The notes beneath the pieces are model-generated. The model did not search any database and was not told where the DNA came from. It saw only the letters and a program-made list of their open reading frames with translations. The translations under genes and the position numbers were made by a program. Shown piece after piece: positions 1 to 13,500 of a DNA stretch of 64,000 nucleotides. The stretch is taken from positions 38,690,001 to 38,754,000 of the forward strand of contig CM052817.1 of NCBI GenBank assembly GCA_028534125.1, written 5' to 3'. The DNA comes from Lama glama (lineage: Eukaryota). Every line of letters starts with the position of its first letter. Position 1 is the stretch's first letter.

Positions 1-819
1 AATAACTCCAGAATACTAATTGAAAGTTGCTCTCTTTTATTAAGCCAAGTCTAGGTTATAACACTACAGAACCATCGTGGTGTTCCCAGTGTGATTTTCT
101 TTTGATGGAGACCATAGGTAGGCTTGTCTGAGGATTGGAAGAAGCTCAGATTTATTTTATTATTAAATGCTGCATAATTTATTTTGATATAATAACCCAG
201 TTTTATTTCCTTTTTATTCCCCTCTGGTACTGAAAATCTCTGGATCTGAGGGACGTTGACTGGTTTGGCTCTTCCCTCTCTGAGCCAGGTCTCATTTTCT
301 TATAGTGTATTATACATGGCAAGTTATCATTACTGGCCAAGAGAGTTATTCCCCTCTCCCCAAGAGGAGGGAGAAATCTATCTGGACTTTATTTTGTTTG
401 TGCCATTCTAATAGTCACAAATGTTTAAAAAAAAAACAACTTTCAGCCAAATATTCCTACAGATACAAGTTTTTTTCTTGTTACTTGCAGAGCAGATAAA
501 GTTTAACTTTAAGGGAATTTTTTAATGTCAGAGGAATAAAAAGGTCAAATTGAGGAATAGCTGGGAATCACTTTAGAAAAAAATACCTACTTGTATCTGA
601 TTTAAATATGGTTTAATTGAGAGTGCTTTAAGAGATGAAATAGTGGTTATTTAAGTAATTTTAATTGTCTAATGTAATACAGAATTCTTATAAAACAGTG
701 ATTTGTTGGGCCTAGTTTAACTAAATATAAAAGTACTGCAAAGTAATTATTTCCTTTAAAGAACTGTACAGTTAATGAGGGACCGGCGCAACCCTTCTGA
801 AGCATTTAGTGGTGGTGTT

Positions 820-1890
820 CTTTAGTGTGTGTTCTTGCATAATATTTGTTTTGTGTGCATGTATTTCTAATTTTCAAGAACTGGTATTGTCTGTTTATTT
901 CATCCTATTTCTTGGTTCCTTTCACTCATCACTGTGTTTTTAAGATGCATCTATATGAAATATGTACTTTTAAATGAATGTGAATGTGTATCAACCCTGT
1001 TTTACTAATTCACTTTCTTAGTGATAGAACCTCTAAATAACCTTCAAGACCCCAGTCACCACAAAAAAAAACAATTCAGTAAACATCCATTTACAAGTCC
1101 TCACCCCTACGAATTTCTTTGGCTTATATGCTGAGGAGCAGAACGCAAGGCTGAATAATAATGCACACTGTCTTTTAGATCTTCTACCTGGCTGTTTTCC
1201 CATCAGTCACGTGTGTGGGTCATGTCCACATCTCCAAGAACACGGGGCATTTTCCAGCTTTCTGCTTGTTGCTAATCTAATAGGGGTAAAGTGGCATTTC
1301 CGTATTTTAGTCTACATTTCTTTGATTACTGAGTAAATTAAAATATCTCTTGATATATGATGGCCTTCCAGTTTTATTGCTCATATCTTTTAAAATTGGG
1401 ATTGCTGTGTTTTTCTTGCTGATTTGGAAATTTCTTATAAATTCTAAATTACAAACCTTTTAGTTTTAGACATTTCAGGTATCTTCTCCCATTGTGTTAC
1501 CTCAGTTTTTGCTTGATTCACAATGTTCTTTGCTGAGCCAAAATATTTAACTTTGATGTAATCACATTCATTTTATTTTTGCTTATGGTGTGCAGCTCTG
1601 AATATATGCTTAAGAAATTATTACCTGATTCCTAAAGGTATCTTCATAGATTTTCCTCTCTTAACTTTATAGTTTTACCCACCTTTATATGGCTGAAGGC
1701 AGGAGGCTATTTTATAATAAGAGTGAGTCACTTCCCAATATCATCTTCATAACAATCACACCCTTTTTGTGATCTTTAATCAAGTGTTAGGTTCCTACTA
1801 CATTTAAGGGTCTGTTTCTGAGCTCTCATCTGTGCCCTGGTTTGTTTGATCTTATATTTATCAGCCCCTGGTTTTATTACAATGATTTTG
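820..1890 (-). mobile_element. Old degraded L1 (L1ME-like) ORF2/3' fragment
   Basis: T-rich sequence with L1 antisense motifs such as gtggcatttc...catttctttgattactgag and gggtctgtttctgagctctc. Boundaries approximate. Confidence 0.6.
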
Positions 1891-2403
1891 TGGAGGATTA
1901 TCTTTAAAATTTTAAAATATAGAAGTTAATTTTCAAGTGTCATGACATTTCAAAAAGTTTCATTGTTACCTCTTATATTCCTTAAAGACATTTATGTTAT
2001 GTTTAACACTTAAACTACTAACCATTATGGTCCTTGAAACATAAGTATTAAAAATTCTTGATCAGTTTCTTTAAATATTATTGTATTAGAATTTGAAATC
2101 TATTTTAAAAAATGTAATTAGATATTTATGTTCACAGGTCTCTTTTTTTGTCCCATTTTGTTTAAAGTGTTAAATTTTGCTTCTTAGGGGAACTCTGGAT
2201 TTGAAATTAAATGAGTTGTTATCTTGTCTGAAGTTTGAGTGTATATTAAATGGTATAAAATTTAATAATTCAGAAATTAAAGGCAAGTGAAGATTTTTTT
2301 AAACCTGGATAAGTAATAGTCAGTTTCATTTTAGTAATCATTACTTTGAAAAACCAGGCCAAATATTTCAAGTAATCAAAATTGGTATAGCTCTCCATAT
2401 TTT

Positions 2404-2535
2404 GTGTGTGTGTGTGTGTGTGTGTGGGTGGTAATTAGGTCTACTTATTTATTTATTTTTAGTGGAGGTGCTGGGGATTGAACCCAGGACCTCTTGCAGC
2501 TAAGCATGTGCTATACCACGCTGTACCCTCCCCAC
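2404..2535 (-). mobile_element. tRNA-Ala-derived camelid SINE (vic-1-like) with (CA)n tail
   Basis: Reverse strand reads ...CACATGCTTAGC-TGCAAGAGGTCCTGGGTTCAATCCCCAGCACCTCCA followed by an A-rich tail with ACCTAATTACC. Perfect 16-bp TSD tagctctccatatttt at 2388-2403 and 2536-2551. Confidence 0.9.
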
Positions 2536-5500
2536 TAGCTCTCCATATTTTTTAACGAATTAATATATGTTCTACTAGGAACATAAATGTATGCATAAAC
2601 CAAAATCAACTACAGTGTCTTGGAATGACTCAATTTTGACCATAGAATAACTTTCCTTAAAGTAATTTCAAAAGGAAAATTAAAGCTGAAAAATAATCTC
2701 TTTTCTTGAATCCCAAGTCTGCATGCTGCTGTTCTCTACCTAGAAAATTTTGCTTAATACAAATTGTAAATTTTAGAATGTTATATGTACTTTATAGGGG
2801 AAATTTGGTTAACAAAATGAAACTTTATACTCTTCACTTACAGAAAAATTTCTTATAGCTTATATTTTTTGTTTAAGCAATTATATTCAAAAGCCTAGAC
2901 ATGTGAAATAAGATAACTAGGTTATATTTTTTTTAACCTCCAAATGCTAAACCTGCTAGCAAAAATCTGAACTAGGAGATTTTACTGGTACAGCCTTTCT
3001 TACCCTTATCTCTCAGCTCTAGTTGAGATATTAATTGTAAAATATAAGAGGAGCAGAATTGAGAATAATAGCTGGGTGTGCTTGATCCTCTGGTCCTGAA
3101 GTAAAAATCAGTACTTTTTTAGGTTGTTCCCCATAGTAATGTTAGGCTTTATTATGAAATGCTAAAAAAGTAAATAAGGAAATCATCATCTCATCAGCAT
3201 CAGGGGGTCTGTGCCAGTTTATCAAGGAATTATCTTATGTGTTTTATTACCTGACATTCCTTCTAAGAGGAGCATGAGAGTACTGTGAGACAAATATGGT
3301 AAACTGGGCTGTATTATGCAAAATTATTCACTGTAGTAACTTACTTCACAAGAATAAAGGGCAGTGTATCTTAAACATTACTGTTACTATTTCGGGTGGA
3401 CTTACAAAATGTATTAAGTAGCTAGCTGGTAAGAATAGCATTTCTCCTCTCATTCTTCCCCAAAGGCATTTTTTAAAATAGGCTACATGTGATCAACAGT
3501 GAAATGATGTAATTAGGACATGGCTATTTGTGGTAGTCATTCTTACGTTTTGCTGTGGTGGAAAAATAGAGAAATGTAGGCTTCTTATCCCTTTCAGTGA
3601 GAATGTACCTGTACCTCCCAGCCACGAGACTGTAAATGCATTGTTGTGTTTCATTTATAAAAGATCTAATGTCAAAAATATGAGAGTAATATTCTGCTTA
3701 GCAAACAGTTATGTCCAGTAACTAGTAATTTTTTTCCCTTCAAGTTTATATCAGTACCATCTTTGATATTTTAAGGTATGTTTCTTTAAAAGGATTTCCT
3801 TTCATAAATCTCCTAATTGTTTTCATTCATATACCTCTATTTAAAGTTTATAAAGAGTATTTAAAATAATTTTGATAGAGGAGTTTATGGAAAACTTAAC
3901 AAATAAGGTATCAGCAGGAAGATTTCCTACCTCGTTTCATCCATCCAGCCATCCATAATACATTTATTAATTACCTTCAGCATGTCAGGTGCTTTGGCAA
4001 ACACTAAAAAGTTGAATATGAAAAACACAGGTCACTGACCTCACATTAGATTCATTTTCAAGGAATGGAGGTGGAGCTGCTTGCTCACTGGAGATACCCT
4101 CCTCCATAAATTCTGAATGTCTTTACTGTACCTGGCCTTGGTTGACAAGTAGCCTCAGTTGGGATCAGACTAGGTTGCTGAGTGTTGACTGTCAGTACAG
4201 CGCCCGTGGAGAGGCTTGATGTGGATACCAAGTGCATGCTTTTCTAGGTGATGAGAATGAGTATTTGTGGATTTGGGGTGAATGGGTGATAGGAATGGTA
4301 CAGATGTACACACAGGGTAAGTGAACAGACATTCGTAGAAAAGGGAACAAACAGCAGACAGGAAAATTGCATATTAATTTCCGTTCCCTTTATTACTGAT
4401 GGCGCCACGCAGCCTTTGACATAGTGTGGTCGTTTTTCTTTTTTGTGAAATGATTGTCTTTTGTCCGTTTTTCTATTGGGTGGTTTGTTGCTCTTTCATT
4501 GATTTGTAGCCATTCTTTATATATTTTGGATCGAATCCTTTGTTGTTCATTTTAGGTGTTGCAGATATTTTGTTCCCTATTTGTGGCTTGTGTTTACTTT
4601 CTGTTGACTTTGTGTACAGAAGTTTTTAATTAAGATGAGGTCAATTGTGTGTGTGTGTGTGTAGTTTTTTGTTTTGGGTTTTTTTTTTTTTTGGACATTC
4701 TTCCTTACTCTGGGGTTATAAAGATATCTTCCAACATATCCTTCTAAATATTTAAGAAGTTTTGTTTTTCAAATTAATGTCTTAATTGCTTTGGTGGTGA
4801 AGGACATGGTGAATATAAGCTACTGAAAGCAGAGCCAGGTGGCTAGAACAGATTCAGGTGGGGCAGGGAGAGCCTTGATAAATATTTCTTTGAATCAATG
4901 ATCAAGTTGCTAACGTGGAGCTGGGTTTAAATTGTTTGGGGATTAAGTAAGGTCAAGAACTATCCATTATAGGCTGCCAGGCAGTAAAAAAAAAAAAAAA
5001 AAAATCTGAGGAGGCCATTTCAGGGAGAGGAAAGACCATGTGGGAAAAGCATCAAGAGTTCGAAATTGCATGGCCTGTTCAGGGAAGAGCAGTTAGGTGA
5101 TGTGGTGTGAGCAGAGACTGAGAGGAGGAATATTGCAGAAGACAGAGCTTCAAAATTAGATGCACAACAAATTTTGAAGAGCCTTTTATACCTTGCAAAC
5201 AGTTTTGACTCTCTCATTACAGGCAATCGTGTCACTTTTAAGGAACGTTATATACTGATCTGTTTGGAATTTTAGGGAAAAATAACCACACCCTGGAGGA
5301 GAAAAACTGGAGTTGGTGATCCCACAGTGACTTGCATAGAGTAGGCAGGCACTTAAGAAATTAAATTTCAACAATGCTGTTGCTCAGATCTTTTTAGAAT
5401 TGTTTCCCTGTAATCAGCTGCAGAGTACACAGTGCATTCTTTTGATTATTAGTGGTGAATTTTCAGTCTTTTTGAAAGGATTTGATATTTAGTAATTGGT

Positions 5501-6279
5501 AGGAGTTATTTTGGAGGAAGTTTGGAAACTATGGCAAATGAGCAAGCTGGGTAATTCCATGTTAGTACAGCGTGATATATGATGACACTGATTTTTAGAT
5601 GTTTAAATGTTTTCAGAAAAATAGAAGTGCAGGAATTCACAATTTAAACCTTCATTACTGTATAATCAGTCTTGAAGAAGCCAACATTTACCTTTCCTTT
5701 ATTATTTTTGTTGGTATCATTATTTTATATATTTTTTCATTTGTGAGGATTTACTAATATGATTCTGCCCAGTCTTTTGCATTTGTTATTTTCCTTTCAT
5801 TGCTTTCAGACCACAGCATATATTCCAGCTCATTCTGTGATGGTTTGTTGTCGATACTGGGAGGCTGACTCCTTTTGGATGTTCCTCGTCCTCAGTTTGC
5901 TGTTGATGCACCAATTCCCTGTGGAGGATTCTGGCTTATTGCTTTTTGTTTTGTCATCATCAGCTTACCAACCAAACCTAACTACTAGTAGTGATTTTTT
6001 TTTTCTTGCTTCTGCCCCTGCCTCTATGTTGATAGTTCTTTCTAAATTTATACCAGTTTTTCCTGAATTACAAACAAACAAAAAACACTATGGGGTACTT
6101 AACACCTCCCAACAAAAAAATGTTCATATGGTAATGGTTTATTATTTTTTCAAGTAATAAAATTGAATTCAAACAAATCATAAAGATCAAAGTTGCCTTC
6201 TAAGCCTTCTTTTTAAATAAACAGATAAGGAATTCAGAGAAAATTTTAAATTATCTTAACTTTGGCTTGAGCTGCCTCT

Positions 6280-6660
6280 AATTCATTCATCTTCTCAACT
6301 TTCATTGATCACTTTACTCATTTGTTAATCATATATTGCCTGTGCCTTATTTTCCAGGCACTGTGTTAGACATTGAGGGAAGGAGTTGCATAAGGCATGA
6401 TCTCTGCCTTCCATAATCTTATATTACTTGTCCAGTGTTGGAAAAAAGACAAATAAAATAAGTTACATAACATGGGGAGAAATGCTATGATAAAGATATG
6501 CACAGGATTATATGGGGGTATATGAAGGCACAGAACTGTGAAGGCTTAGCAGGGAGACCTGCAGGAGACAAAGTATGTGTGGAATAAAGAGGAAAGGTGG
6601 GAGGTGAATAGGGTTAGATCTAGGGGCCAGATAATGAAGAGCCATGGTTCGACTTTCCCT
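6280..6660 (-). mobile_element. L2 LINE 3' fragment
   Basis: ttcattcatc...ccaggcactgtgttagacattgag...tctctgccttccataatcttata resembles the antisense L2 3' end. Confidence 0.6.
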
Positions 6661-7199
6661 GAAAGTGGTGGGAATCACTGCCACATTCATTTGTTTCTTT
6701 TAGTTCTGTACTAAATCCTTGGCTAGGTGTTAAGGACTTGGAGAGCATAGCCTGCTTTCAGGGAATTCATAATTTAATAAGGGATACTGATAATTAAGCA
6801 GAAAGAAATAATCTTTATGCAACTGGGTGACTTTTCAATTAAGAATAAATGGTTGTCAGTATAATTTCTTTTCTGGAGATGTTTAAGAACTTCAATGTTT
6901 ACAAACTATGAAGACTTTCTATAGGATGAGAACTAGGATGTGTAAATTGTAAGTTTTAGAAAATTTTACATGTAACATGTAATTTTTTGTCAGGAATAGT
7001 AAACCTACACATCCAGAATTCAGAATGTCTGCACATAAAATCTACTACTACTATATAGTAGGTATATGACATTTATTCACCCATCACTTACTATGAACTA
7101 AGGATACAAAGTTAAGTAAGATTTGGTTCCCACCATTGAAGAAATTACAAGTTAATGGGAGTAAATAACCACTAATTGGTCTATGTTACAGCAGAATAG

Positions 7200-7436
7200 C
7201 AGTAGTAATAGCTGTTGGTTACTGTGCACAAGTGCTGAGTAGTGCCTCGTTTTTGAATTACACCAGAAGACCACTCTGAGGTTGGTTTTGGAAGTTACTC
7301 TCTTCTCACGCATGAGGAATCTGATGCACAAAGATGGTGACTGACCTGCTGAAGGTACAACAGCTGGTAAATGGTGCAGCTAACATTTGAATCCAGGTAA
7401 CTAGTTGCAAAGCCTGTGTAACCACAGTGCTATACG
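7200..7436 (-). mobile_element. MIR SINE, flanked by L2 fragments
   Basis: Antisense MIR core: catgaggaatctgatgcacaaagatggtgactgacctgctgaaggtacaacagctggtaaatggtgcagct...tttgaatccagg. Confidence 0.75.
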
Positions 7437-9402
7437 GTCTCTCTCAGTGATGAATATTTTATACCAGACTATAACTGAAGTACCATGGAGTAGGATACAG
7501 CAACAAATTCTGCCTGGAGATTTGGGAAAGACTTCTCTGAGAAAGTGACCTTAGATCTTAGCTCTAAGCCCTAAGGAAAAGTAGAAGAGGGGCGTCCTTG
7601 GCAGAAAGTACACGACACAAATACACAGAGTGCTCAAGAACCCAAGAAGGCTGGGAGATACTTTCAGTGCAGCAGAATTTAGAGTGAAACAGGTGGCCTA
7701 GTGAGAGAAGTCTGTAATCATAAATGGGGCCGGAGGGTCTAAGAGTTTAGATAGTAGATTAAGGTACTTTGGTTTATTCTTAGGCAGTAGGGAATCAGCA
7801 GAGGTTTTAAATCAGAAAAGTGATATGGTATCTACTTTGGTTTTCAGAAAAAAAACTGAGGAGCTGTAGGGAAGATGCACTCAAGACAGCGGTACCAGTC
7901 ATGGTAGTGAGATTGAGGATAATTTTATCCATCGTTTCATAGAACCAGGTTTTGGTTTTCTTGATTTTCTCTGTTGTTCTCATGTTTTTAGTTTCATTGA
8001 TTTGTTGCCCTAATTTGTTATTTATTTCCTTTTGCCTTCTTTAGGCTTAAATTGCTCTTTTTTTTCCCCTTGTTTCCTAAGGTAGAAAGTCAGGCTATTT
8101 AAAAATCTTTATTCTTTTGTGATATATGCAGTTGGTGCTACAGATGTCCCTCTGAGAAAGAATGTTTTTCACTGCATTTTACACATTTTGATAAGTTATA
8201 TTTTCATTTAGTTTAAAATATTTTAAAATTTCTTGACACTTCTTTGACTTGTTTTCTAGATACATGTTTAATTTCCAAATGTTTGGGGCTTTTCCAGCTG
8301 TCTTTTGTTACTGATTTCCTGTTTAACTCCATTGTGATCGGAGAGCACATTTTGTATGATTTTCATTCTTTTGAATTTGTTAAGGTGTGTTTATGGCCCA
8401 GTGTGTTACCTGTCTTGGTGAGTGTTCCACGTGAGTTTGAGAAGAATGTGTGTTCTGCTGTGGCTGGATGGAGTGTTCCATAAATGTCAGCTGTAGTTCT
8501 GGTTGATTGATAGTACTGCTCAGCAAACTGTGCCTGTATTGATTTCCTGCACACTTGATCTGCCAGTTATGGCATGAGAGCTGTTGCTGTCTCCAACTGC
8601 AATAGTGGGTTTGTCTTTTTCTTCCTTCAGTCCTATCAGTTTTTGCCTCATGTAGGTGAATACTCACATTAGGCTTACATATGTTAAGGATTGCTAAGTC
8701 TTAGAGAATTGAACTTTTTGTTGGTATGTAATGCTCCTCCCTATCCCTGATGGCTTCCTTTGTTCTAAGGAAAAGTTGTGTTGTCTAAAGTTAATGTAGC
8801 CACTCCAGCTTAACTTCATTGGCTTCAGCATGATGCACCTTTCTCCGTTTCTTTACTTTCAGCCTGATTATTTAAAGTGGCTTTCTTGTAAACACTATTG
8901 AGATGTGTTTTTTTAATCCACTCTGACATTGTGTCTTTTAATTGATGAATTTAGACTGTTCACATTTAAAGTGATTGTTGATACAGCGGGATTAAAATCT
9001 GTCATGTTTATAACTTCCCTATTTGTTGCATTTGTTATTCTTTTCCCCCACTGTCCTTCTGTCTTCTCTGGCTTTAACTGAGCATTTTACATGATTTCCT
9101 TCTGTCTCCTCTCTTTGTGTATCAATTAAACTTTTTAGTGGTTGCCCTAAAGTGTGCATTTCCTACAAATTTTGGTCTGCCTTCAAATAACTCAGGTAGA
9201 GTATGTGTATCTTTTAAAAGTAAAATCCCAACTCCTTGTGAGATTGCTGTTATTCATCTCACTGATTCATAAACTATAATCACCCAATACATTATTGCTA
9301 CTATTACTTTAAAAACAATCTTTTAAATCAGTTAAGGATAATAAAAATTTTTATTTTACCTTCATTTATTCCTTCTCTGACAGCCTTCTCTTAGTTACAT
9401 AA

Positions 9403-9702
9403 CAGACTTACCCTGGAGGTACTGCCAATTTGGTCCAAACCACCTTAATGAAGTGAGTATTGCAGTAGAGCAAGTCACATGAAGGTTTTGGTTCCCCAGC
9501 ACAAATGAAAGTTATTTTTACACTGTAGTATAGTCTGTTAAGCATGCAGTAGCATTATATCAAGAAAAACAATGTACATACCTTAATTAAAAATTACTTT
9601 ATTGCTAAAAGATGCTAACCATAACCAACAACATAGGGTTGCCACAGACCTTCAGTTAGGAAAAACACAATCAGTGAAGTGCAGTAAAACACATTATGCC
9701 TG
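9403..9702 (-). mobile_element. Internally deleted Tigger1 derivative (Tc1/mariner, Tigger1a_Art-like)
   Basis: Both Tigger1 ends are present: cagacttaccctggaggtactgc...caatgtacataccttaattaaaaattactttattgctaaaa joined to agggttgccacagaccttca...ttatgcctg|ta. Termini are CAG(G)CATA-like with a TA target site on the right. Confidence 0.85.
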
Positions 9703-10335
9703 TACGATTTCTGACATGTTATTTTTCTCTCCCTGAGCAACTTTTAATATTTCTCTCATGGCAGGTCGCCTCACAATAAATTTCCACATTTTTTGATTTT
9801 CTGAGAAATTCTTTATTCTTCTTTCACTTTTGAAGGATAATTTTATTAAATATAGAATTCTAGGCTAGTAGGTTTTTCTTTCAACACTTTAAATATTTCC
9901 CTCCATTCTCTTCATGTCTGCATGCTTTGGATGAGAAGTCCACTGTAATGTTTGTTCCTGATCTTTCATAGGTAAAGTGTTTCTCCTTCCCTCACCCTTC
10001 TTAACTCACTCCCTTTCCAGATTCTGTCTTTATTTTTGACTTTCTATAGTTTGAATATGAAATACCTAAATGTAGTCTTTTAGGTATTTAATCTTGTTTG
10101 ATAGTCTCTGAGCTTTTGGTATCTGTGGTTTAATGTCTGTCATTAAATTTGCAAAGTTCTTAAACATTGTTACTTCAAATATACCACTGCTCTAGTCTCT
10201 CTTCTCCTGGAAGCTTCTGTTGTTTTATCTCCAGGCTCACTAATCCTTTCCTTGGCCATAACCAGTCTGCAGTTGAGCTCATCAAAGCATTCTTCGTATC
10301 TGTTACAGTGCTTTTGATTTTTATCATTTCTTTTT

Positions 10336-10454
10336 TTTGTATAGATGAATTTTTATTGAAGTATAGTCAGTTTACAACGTGTTAATTTCTGGTGTACAGC
10401 ATAATGCTTCAGTCATACATGAACATACATATATATCATACATGAACATATATT
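10336..10454 (-). mobile_element. Short young L1 3'-terminal fragment
   Basis: ttttattgaagtatagtcagtttacaacgtgttaatttctggtgtacagca closely matches 33239-33290 and resembles the 3' ends of the L1s at 24086 and 45273. Confidence 0.75.
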
Positions 10455-10471
10455 TTTCTTTTTAAAAAACA

Positions 10472-10592
10472 ATTTTTTAGAGGGGTAGGTAGTAAGATTT
10501 ACTTACTTATTTTTAGAGGAGATACTGCAGATTGAACCCAGGACCTCATGCTTGCTAAGCATACACTCTACCACTTGAGCTATATCCTTTCC
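10472..10592 (-). mobile_element. tRNA-Ala-derived camelid SINE (vic-1-like)
   Basis: gattgaacccaggacctcatgcttgctaagcatacactctaccacttgagctata is the antisense of the A box, AGC anticodon arm and B box. Confidence 0.88.
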
Positions 10593-13500
10593 TTAGAGCA
10601 TGGTTGGTGTGGTTGTTAAGTGTGGAAGAGGGGAACTGTTTTATAATCTTATGATTAAAAGTCAGTGTTTTAGTGGGCCTGTGACTCTGGGCTGTGACCT
10701 TCCCAAGTGTTTCCCTTGGGCTGTTTCTTCTCTCAGCCAACAGCACCCCCCACCCCTTAGGTGAGACTGGAAGGCTGGGCATGGGTAGGGGGTTGGAGTG
10801 GGAAAGATGCCCTTCCCTCAGGTGAGATGAACTAAGATACATTTTTCCACCCTGGAGAACAGGCCTTTATTATGGAGTTTGCTCTGGGAACATTTCACAG
10901 TAATTACTCTTCCCCTCCCTCTGCCAGAGCCAAGAGGGTATCTTTCCCAGATCTTCTCTGTGAGAATCTGGTGGGGTTCCTGGAAGCCCAGCCTAGGAAA
11001 GTTGTGCTGAGAGCCTGAAGACTACGGCCCCCAGGAGCTTCACCCTCTTGTGCGTGTCCACTCTTGAGCCCGTAGCAGCTCTTTATACTTATATTTAAGT
11101 GTCCGCACCAGTTTATGGCTCCAGGGATTTCTGTTCCAGATAAGCATATTTCAGCTGTAACTTTCTGGACTTGCCTGTCTCTCCAGATTTCAGGGATTAC
11201 TTTGCCTTGCAGCCTCAGTTCCCTGAGGGTTTGAGGAAAGTCCGTGGTTTCCAGTTTATTCAGCTGTTTCTTACGTAAGCACGGGAGTGATGACTTCTAG
11301 GCTCCTTACATTTCGATGCTGAAATCCTGACTCTTTAAAATTTAACTTCTTTTTTTCTCCTAACTTCATTCCTTAATATGGATGTATCATGGGTTACCTA
11401 TGCCTCCATTAAAGGTCTTGGTTGTTTCTGACTTTTCGTTATTATAAACAATTATAAAAACATACAGTGCGGCAAACCACCTTGTACTGTGAGTATTGCT
11501 CTAGGTCAGCTTCCTGGAAGAGGCATTACTAGATGAAAGAGTAGGTATGTGGATACTATGAGACTGCTCTGAAAAAGACTACTGGTTTATAATTCTGATC
11601 AGCAAGGTGTATACAGTTCCATTTTTTTCTATTCTTACTATGTAATATGTTTTATAAATCCTATTAATTTTTGCAAAACTGAGCAAACAGTTGTACTTGT
11701 TTTTATTTGCATTTCTCTAATTATTAGTGATTTTAAGTACCTTTTCACGTGTGTGTTTTGTTGCATTTCCTGTGAAGAATATTTCCTGGAGAGTCTATTT
11801 CTGTTCCATCCTTATGTTGGTATTAGGTTGTTGATTTTTTAAGAGTCCCATGGATAGTCTAGTTATTAATACTTTGTTATAAGGGTCATTATTATTTTTG
11901 CCTTTTTGTCGTTTGTCTTTTAACTTTGTGGTATTTTTAGCTATGTATCTGTCTCTCTTTTTTCCTTTTTTAGAATTTATCTTAAACTATATGTATTTCC
12001 TTTTATATTTTCTTCCAGTATTTTATTGTTTGTTTATAGTTCAGTCTTTAATCCATTTGGAATTATTAGTTTTTATTTATGAAAATGATAGTTTTAGAGA
12101 ATCATAAATTTCTGTTGTAACCAGTCTGCAGAACTGTAGAATTTTCTCCACAGTATCCAACAGCCCACAATTAGAAATGGACAAATTGTGTGGTTGAATT
12201 CATCCAGACATGGGTACTAGTTGGAAATGTGTATAGCTTAGGAGTGCAAGAGAAATGAAGAAATGAATCTGAATGTCACTGAAGAGGTTAAACATAGTCT
12301 AATCTCTGCTGAGGAATAGGAAGATTGGGAAAAGTCAAGAATAAGGGATACCAATGAGGACTAGAGATTTAGGGAGCGAGAAAGTGGGTGGATTGAAAGT
12401 TATAATCTCAGAGTAAGATTTTGGAATTTGAAATTTCAGAAATAGAGAAATTCTTAGTAGTGATAGGTCAAGGATATGGCCCGAATGCCTTCATTCAGCC
12501 TTCTATGCAGTGTGCCATCCCTCCTCTGAGGATACTGAATATGTGATAACAGAGCTGAATGACTTGAACTAGAGATTAGTGGAGATGTATATAATGCAAA
12601 ATATGTCAGTATTAAGCAGTCATAGATTACAGAAGCATTGTGCTACAGAAATTCTTTTACAGGTCTTTTATACAAAATTTTGAACACATATTCTTACAAA
12701 CTTTCAGAGAATGCTGGGGAATCTCGGGTCAGCCTACAAAAGTTTATTCCATAATATAATTTAATTATACTATATTAATCATATCAAATAATCGAACTGT
12801 CATTTAATTATTAGGGTAAATGTGTCTTGAGGGCTCCCAAATCAGCAGTGGGGGCCCTAGAAGGAAGAGTTCAAGAAAGGTGTCAGAGAGAGGTTAACAG
12901 TGGCTACTCGTAATTGGAAGTCATATCTAAGGGAAGCCTTCTTAAATGAAGGCAGTGCTTTTGCTTTGGAATACGCTTTTGTCTATGAAGAGAGAAAATT
13001 AAGCACACTGAAAAGATGCTTTGAGAAATTGTCTAGTGCAGTGTATGTATAGGATGATGAGTTTACTGATGAGGTGGGGAGGATGGGGGATTTTGGGAAC
13101 AGGTCTGAAGTAATTATATTTTGCCATATAAATGAGAATGGCTGATCTTGTAATATCTCATAGATGGGACTAAAATCTGATCATGACTGTCCTTGAAGGC
13201 AAAAAGCTTAATGTTTCAGCAGATAGAAATTTTAAATTCTAATTCAGGGTTTATAGTACTTATAGTTCTTTTTCAGTGTATAGATTAGATTGCTGGGTTA
13301 CGTACACAGTATGTTGGGAGCCTCTCAGAGCTTCACCTACATACTTCACAAGTGTAAGAAGTTTTGCCTTTGCTCTCCATGGTATAAGAAAAAGTAGGAT
13401 TTTCCCCCAGAAAGTTTAAGAAAAAAATAAAAGCCTGAGGAATTACTTACAATTCTTTAATGAAACTGTAAGATTTTCTGAAGTAATGTGAGCTACTTAT

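Larger units (their letters stand above)
7920..11330 (-). mobile_element. Old L1 (L1MC/L1MD-like) 5' half: 5'UTR, ORF1 remnant, ORF2 endonuclease remnant; interrupted by three younger insertions
   Basis: Minus-strand ORF 8363-8554 (DIYGTLHPATAEHTFFSNSRGTLTKTGNTLGHK) resembles the L1 ORF2 endonuclease motif DIYRTLHP..EYTFFS..HGT.SKIDH.LGHK. ORF1-like antisense sequence at ~9750-10320 and a GC-richer 5'UTR-like segment at ~10595-11330. Confidence 0.8.
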
